Of a DNA stretch of 64,000 nucleotides, positions 58,880-64,000 are shown one piece after another. A program made the position numbers and the translations under genes. Source of the DNA: an uncultured Clostridia bacterium (lineage in GTDB: Bacteria > Bacillota > Clostridia > TANB77 > CAG-465); the NCBI GenBank assembly GCA_944387375.1, contig CALXEQ010000003.1:69942-133941 (forward strand), given 5' to 3'. The stretch's first letter is position 1, and each line of letters begins with the position of its first letter. The notes below the pieces were generated by a model. The model had not been told where the DNA came from. It was given only the letters and a program-made list of their open reading frames with translations, and did not search any database.

Positions 58880-59402
58880 GGAATTCTTTTAATTTTGAGT
58901 CTACTTGTATAAAAACATCATCTTGTAATTTTTTTAATTCGTCATTTTTAAATTTTTCAAGTACAAAATCTACCATATCTTGTTTTGGATATTTAAGTCC
59001 ACCAAGTCCTATTCTAATTCTTGATATTTCTTCACTTGAAAGCATTTGTATAATATTTTTCATTCCATTATGAGTTCCTCCACTTCCTTTTTTTCTAAAT
59101 CTTATTGTACCAAATGGAATATCTACATCATCAAAAATTATAAGTATATCACTATTTTCAACTTTATACCAATTTTTAAGTGCTACTACTGCTTTTCCAC
59201 TTAAATTCATATATGTTAACGGTTTTGCAAAAATAACTTTTTCACCATTTATAACAGTTTGACCCACTAAACAATTGCAACTACTTTTAGTTATTTCAAC
59301 ATTATATACTGATGCTAAATAATCAACTGCCATCCATCCGATATTATGTCTAGTTTTATCATATTCTTTACCAGGATTTCCAAGTCCTACAATAATTTTC
59401 AT
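58869..59402 (-). CDS. pth: peptidyl-tRNA hydrolase
   Basis: MKIIVGLGNPGKEYDKTRHNIGW... Confidence 0.9.
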   Translation of the reverse strand: MKIIVGLGNPGKEYDKTRHNIGWMAVDYLASVYNVEITKSSCNCLVGQTVINGEKVIFAKPLTYMNLSGKAVVALKNWYKVENSDILIIFDDVDIPFGTIRFRKKGSGGTHNGMKNIIQMLSSEEISRIRIGLGGLKYPKQDMVDFVLEKFKNDELKKLQDDVFIQVDSKLKEFLDN

Positions 59403-59576
59403 TCATTATTCACTCTCTTTTCTAACTATTAATTTATATATGTATTATTTTACCTAATACTTTACTCAAAACTCTTGAAAAAATAAGTATTTTATAGTAT
59501 CATTATATATGAATTAAGTTAATATGTCAATTAAAGTCTTATTAACTATTTATATTACTGAAAGTGGTGATTTCGT

Positions 59577-62078
59577 TTGATAGAAAATCTTTTTAAAAAA
59601 TTACATATTTCGGTTAAACCAGAAAAGATTTTAACATATATACTTTATGCTATTAGTATAGTGGTAGCCTTTATATGTTTAGGTCAAATCTTAAGTTTGA
59701 TTGCTGGAAATATACATATGAGTGATAATATATCTATTGATTCTCCAATACCTTATATTATTTCTTTACTATTTATTATTCCAGCACTAGCATTTTCATA
59801 TTTTGTAAACTCAGGAATAGCAAAAAATGATGATGATAAAGTTAAAATGTTTATTGTTACATTCATTCTTTTAGCAATTCCAGTTTTATATGCTATCAGT
59901 GGAACAATAAATTGGATTTGTTGGAATGTATTAGAAGCACTTCCAAAATATGAGGAAGTATTATCTACATACCCACAATTTATTCCACCTGCTGTTAAAG
60001 CACTAACATTATTTATTCCATTCATATCTATAACATATATTTTAGACTATATCTTATCTATATATAATAGTGAAGATTTATTAAAATCTATTGCAGGATT
60101 TGTGGGACTTACTGTTAGTTCTGGTGGAAAGAAAAATGGAGCATTTGACTGTGATACTGTAATAGGTGCTGCAAAAGGTACTTCTGTTCCTATTGTTGTA
60201 CCTGAGAAGAAGCGTTATGAAGCAACTTTAGTTCAAGGTGCTACTGGTACTGGTAAAACAGCTACTGTTTTACTACCTATGAGTGCACTTGATCTTGAAA
60301 AGAAATTCTTCTTTAGAGAATATGCTAAAAAAATTGGATATTCTATGCTAAAAAAAGGTATTGCTTATATGAATGGACCATATGATAACAGATATATAAA
60401 CAGAAACTTTTCATTAAATATGTTAAAACCAAAGACAGGAATGGAAGAACAATTTGAAGATGAGGTAAGACCTTTAGTACAATATGTAGATAATGCAACT
60501 GGAAATATTACATATAGAAATTTAGGTATAACTATAGTAGAAAATGATGGAAACTTTATATCTCAGTTTATTGGTGTAGCCAAAAATTTTGATATAGATG
60601 TATTATCTATAGATCCTGCTAGCCCTGAAACAACTCTTAGTATTAATCCATTTGCTATTCCAGATCCTGCAAAAGCAGCTTCTATTGTAGCGGATGTTCT
60701 TATGGCGATGTATGATCAAAAAGGAAGCAGTGATCCATTCTTTACACAAGTAACTATAGATGCTTTCCAAAACTTATCTATATTACTTAAGGAAATGTAT
60801 CCTGTTCTTCATAATGGTGAAATGGCATCTTTAGAAGACATGCTTGAACTTTTATACAACTTCGATGCTGTTGAAGAAATGACTGAAGAAATGAAAAAAA
60901 TTCCTGAACTAGAACAAAAATATAAATTATTAATAAAATACTTTGAAAAGAATTTCTATAAACCAAGTTTAAATATAAATGGATATGAAATTCCAGGAAC
61001 TCGTGGTAGCGGTAGAAAAGATACTGAAAAATATCTATATGGTGCTATTACTCAACTTAACAATTTAATACGTAACCCTGGACTTAAAGCTGCTCTTTGT
61101 GGTAAAGAAAACGTAATTGACTTTGATAAAGCCTTAGCAAATGGTAGTGTAATAACAGCTTGTTCAAGAAAAGGTGATCTTGGTATTATACAAGCAAAAG
61201 CATTTGGTATGTTCTTTATATTACAATTCCAAGATGCAGTACTTAGAAGAAAAGGAAATGAAGAATCTAGAACACCTCATTTCTTATATATAGATGAATT
61301 TCCTGAATATATTACAAAAGACATGGAAGTTATGTTTACACTATTTAGAAAATATAGATGTGGTGTTACAGTTGCAATTCAAAACTTATCTCAACTTGAA
61401 AAATCTGGTCATTCTTATTACAGGCAAACTGTACTTGCAAATACTAAGACACAAATAGTATTTGGTGATACTGTAAAAGAAGACAGTGAATATTGGAGTG
61501 AAGCTTTTGGTATGGAGAAAAAAGTAGATTCTTCTACTTCATATAAAATTGATCCTACAGAAGGATTTAAAGCTGAGCCTACAAAAATAAATGTTAAAGA
61601 TAAAGAAAGAATTAAAAAGCATAAACTTGCAGAACTTGGATTTGGATCAATGTTTTACAAGACAAAAACTGCTAATGGAAAAACTGTATTTGGAGAAGGT
61701 AAAACATCATTCTTGGCAGATAAATACAAACAACATCAAAATACACTTATGTTTAATTTTGAAAAATATATGATGTCTAAACCTGATGCTCCAACTATAA
61801 CTATGAATGATAGTGACAATTCAACTAGTGATGATAACCTATTTGGAATAAACACTACTAATAGATTAAAAGAAGAAATTAAGAAAAATGTAACTGCTTC
61901 AAATGTTAATAACAATCCTGATTTTATTTCTACAGGTACAGATTATTCTCAAGATGATAGTACAAATGATATTGAAATCGTATTTGAAAATAATGATGTA
62001 ACACTAGATCAACAAGGAAATGGTGGAGCTATTACAGAAAACTATGAATCACCAATTATAAAAAGAAATAAAAATTAA
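59577..62078 (+). CDS. type IV coupling protein (VirD4/TraG/TraD-like T4CP), orphan
   Basis: N-terminal TM helices. Walker A LVQGATGTGKT, Walker B-like LYIDEFPEY, VAIQNLSQLE motif. Long Asn/Asp-rich C-terminal tail. TTG start at 59577, with an alternative ATG further downstream. Confidence 0.75.
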   Translation: MIENLFKKLHISVKPEKILTYILYAISIVVAFICLGQILSLIAGNIHMSDNISIDSPIPYIISLLFIIPALAFSYFVNSGIAKNDDDKVKMFIVTFILLAIPVLYAISGTINWICWNVLEALPKYEEVLSTYPQFIPPAVKALTLFIPFISITYILDYILSIYNSEDLLKSIAGFVGLTVSSGGKKNGAFDCDTVIGAAKGTSVPIVVPEKKRYEATLVQGATGTGKTATVLLPMSALDLEKKFFFREYAKKIGYSMLKKGIAYMNGPYDNRYINRNFSLNMLKPKTGMEEQFEDEVRPLVQYVDNATGNITYRNLGITIVENDGNFISQFIGVAKNFDIDVLSIDPASPETTLSINPFAIPDPAKAASIVADVLMAMYDQKGSSDPFFTQVTIDAFQNLSILLKEMYPVLHNGEMASLEDMLELLYNFDAVEEMTEEMKKIPELEQKYKLLIKYFEKNFYKPSLNINGYEIPGTRGSGRKDTEKYLYGAITQLNNLIRNPGLKAALCGKENVIDFDKALANGSVITACSRKGDLGIIQAKAFGMFFILQFQDAVLRRKGNEESRTPHFLYIDEFPEYITKDMEVMFTLFRKYRCGVTVAIQNLSQLEKSGHSYYRQTVLANTKTQIVFGDTVKEDSEYWSEAFGMEKKVDSSTSYKIDPTEGFKAEPTKINVKDKERIKKHKLAELGFGSMFYKTKTANGKTVFGEGKTSFLADKYKQHQNTLMFNFEKYMMSKPDAPTITMNDSDNSTSDDNLFGINTTNRLKEEIKKNVTASNVNNNPDFISTGTDYSQDDSTNDIEIVFENNDVTLDQQGNGGAITENYESPIIKRNKN

Positions 62079-62131
62079 TTAAAAATATCTCTTACTTTTA
62101 TGTAAGAGATATTTTTATTGTAGATATTTAT

Positions 62132-62428
62132 TTAATTCATATCCTTAGTATATAAAAAAATTTCATTAGTTATATTTTTACATTTATTAAATTCCATTTT
62201 TTTCAAAACCTCTTCTTCAAAAGAAGTTACAGCATAAGAATATGCTTTTTTAATTTTAAACCCCTTTTTATTTCTAATATTTATGTATTTATTTATTTCT
62301 TTTATTATTTTTTCAACTGTATCTTTATTTTGATATTCACTCTTTAATACTATTGAATTTATATTAATAAAATATTCACCTTTATTTTCATAAGGAACTA
62401 AATCTTTAACATCATAATTATCATACAA
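62132..62428 (-). CDS. hypothetical protein (98 aa)
   Basis: ORF from the track, downstream of the T4CP gene on the opposite strand. Confidence 0.35.
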   Translation of the reverse strand: MYDNYDVKDLVPYENKGEYFININSIVLKSEYQNKDTVEKIIKEINKYINIRNKKGFKIKKAYSYAVTSFEEEVLKKMEFNKCKNITNEIFLYTKDMN

Positions 62429-62496
62429 ATCATTATATTGTAATATGTAATTATATAACGCTTCATTAATACTTAAAATGTTTATATATCCTATTA

Positions 62497-63165
62497 TTAT
62501 ATTTTTTTATACTTAATTAATATATAACTATTTTTTTCAACATTATATAACTGTCTCATTTTATCTTCTTCCCATAAAAGATACTCATCATAATATGATT
62601 TATCTAATTTATATAACTCTTTCATAGTATTTTTAGATATATACTTTCCCATAACTGTATATACACTATTTCTATGTAAATATTTAGTATATCCATAAGT
62701 AATTATAAATATATTTGATATTACTAATGTCAAGTCAGATAATACTCCTGCAAAGTCTAAATATGATAAGTCATATATCATCCATAAAAAATTAGATATA
62801 ACTCCTCCCTTTACAGCTGTCTTTTCACTTCTAAGTACGGCATATCCATCTATTAAACTTGCAGCTATTGGAATTATAGTAAAAATAGTTCTCTCAGAAA
62901 CAAGTCCTATAATTATATATATCGGAATAGTAAAAATAAATATATACTTATCTTTATCTGTTTTATAATATCCAAATCCTTTTATAAGCTCAAATACACT
63001 AATTAATAATCCAGTCCACGCCCCAAGTAATGCATAACACAAACAATCAAGTATAGAAGCTACTATCTGCATAAATAAAACCTTATTTATTCTTTTACTA
63101 TAATAACTTAATAAAAATATTATCCATGATATAACTCCTAAAACTTGTGCTGTTACATATAACAT
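62497..63165 (-). CDS. polytopic membrane protein, hypothetical
   Basis: 222 aa with about 6 TM helices. Confidence 0.45.
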   Translation of the reverse strand: MLYVTAQVLGVISWIIFLLSYYSKRINKVLFMQIVASILDCLCYALLGAWTGLLISVFELIKGFGYYKTDKDKYIFIFTIPIYIIIGLVSERTIFTIIPIAASLIDGYAVLRSEKTAVKGGVISNFLWMIYDLSYLDFAGVLSDLTLVISNIFIITYGYTKYLHRNSVYTVMGKYISKNTMKELYKLDKSYYDEYLLWEEDKMRQLYNVEKNSYILIKYKKI

Positions 63166-63254
63166 ATATCTCCTCCAATTAAAAAATATTGAAGTATATT
63201 ATACTTCAATTATTATCTATTATATTATATTCCCCAAAAAATTACAAACCTATT

Positions 63255-64000
63255 TTATACTTCTTTATAATTTATAAGTTTTATCTGATTAGATATAAAT
63301 TTATCGTCATTATTTATTTCTTTTACAAGTTCTGTAGATAAATATTTCTTATTATCATCTGCAAAAATAGTTACAACTTCCTTATCTATTTTTTGTCCAA
63401 GTAAAACGCTTCCTAAAAAATTAGCTCCAGATGATATTCCAACTCCAAGTCCTAATTCTTTAGCTAACTTTCTAGACATATTTATAGCATCTTCATCATT
63501 TATTAATATTACATCATCTATTTTGGATTTATCTAATATATCTGGTACAAAATCATCTCCTATACCTTCTATCTTATGATTGCTTATTTTTATGCCTTTT
63601 GATATTATAGGCATTTTATCTGGTTCAATAGCTACAATTTTTAAATTTTTATTTTTTTCTTGTAATCTAGTACCTATTCCCATAAGTGTACCACCAGTTC
63701 CAACACCAGATACAAATCCACCTATATCTTTGTTTAACTGCTCTAAAATTTCATATCCTGTTGTTTTATAATGTGCTAAAAAATTATCTTTATTTGAAAA
63801 TTGATTTACTAAAAAGCCATTTTTTTCATCTGCAAGTTTTTTAGCTCTTTTAACACATTCTATAAATCCTCCTTCAGATTCTGAAATTAAAATTACATTT
63901 GCTCCAAAACTTTTCATAAGTAAAACTCGTTCTTGACTTGCCCAATCTGGCATAAAGATATATACAGGATGCCTGTAATATGCTCCAAGTGCACTTATTG
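63255..64000 (-). CDS. cysK: cysteine synthase / O-acetylserine sulfhydrylase. The N-terminus lies beyond the window end.
   Basis: PLP-enzyme motifs GVGTGGTLMGIG and SSGANFLG. The frame stays open to position 64000. Confidence 0.75.
   Translation of the reverse strand, partial: ISALGAYYRHPVYIFMPDWASQERVLLMKSFGANVILISESEGGFIECVKRAKKLADEKNGFLVNQFSNKDNFLAHYKTTGYEILEQLNKDIGGFVSGVGTGGTLMGIGTRLQEKNKNLKIVAIEPDKMPIISKGIKISNHKIEGIGDDFVPDILDKSKIDDVILINDEDAINMSRKLAKELGLGVGISSGANFLGSVLLGQKIDKEVVTIFADDNKKYLSTELVKEINNDDKFISNQIKLINYKEV

Overview
This is an AT-rich, Clostridium-like Firmicute chromosome segment. Genes are densely packed, mostly on the minus strand, with no rRNA and no CRISPR.

Reading left to right:
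1. A NitT/TauT-type ABC transporter operon (1-3.2 kb).
2. The cell-wall/division (dcw) cluster mraZ-rsmH-ftsL-PBP-murE-mraY-ftsW-murG-divIB-DUF881-sbp (4.2-15.5 kb). murD and murF are not in line.
3. A NifS-like cysteine desulfurase sharing an operon with a 617-aa unknown protein and a 35-aa membrane micro-protein.
4. A DUF4143 AAA+ ATPase, with a palindrome abutting its promoter.
5. ileS, with a long terminator-containing leader that is probably a T-box.
6. The main accessory feature: a ~17-kb block at 25.1-42.2 kb (one upstream promoter; the last gene has its own intergenic promoter) encoding a Gram-positive-style type IV secretion/conjugation-like apparatus. It contains a VirB4-like ATPase, VirB6-like and VirB3-like membrane proteins, a lysozyme-like/CHAP cell-wall hydrolase, and four VirB2/TrbC-like pilin modules spread over three genes, one gene being an internal tandem fusion. 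It also carries two tandem-paralog membrane proteins and a tandem S1-domain protein. It has no relaxase, no integrase and no coupling protein of its own.
7. Flanking that block: a divergent M23 peptidase, a strongly promoted structured non-coding locus, a tandem-OB SSB without an acidic tail, and a TraX-family protein start-coupled to pgi.
8. Housekeeping genes from there to the window end: NMNAT-like gene, tRNA-Lys(CTT), acyl-CoA synthetase, ytfJ, LysM protein, obg, trpS, a beta-CASP MBL hydrolase, rplU-rpmA (no prp), pth and partial cysK.
9. Interrupting that housekeeping stretch, an orphan VirD4/TraD-like coupling protein (59.6-62.1 kb), 17 kb from the T4SS block.

Several intrinsic terminators and near-consensus sigma-A promoters are visible directly in the sequence.
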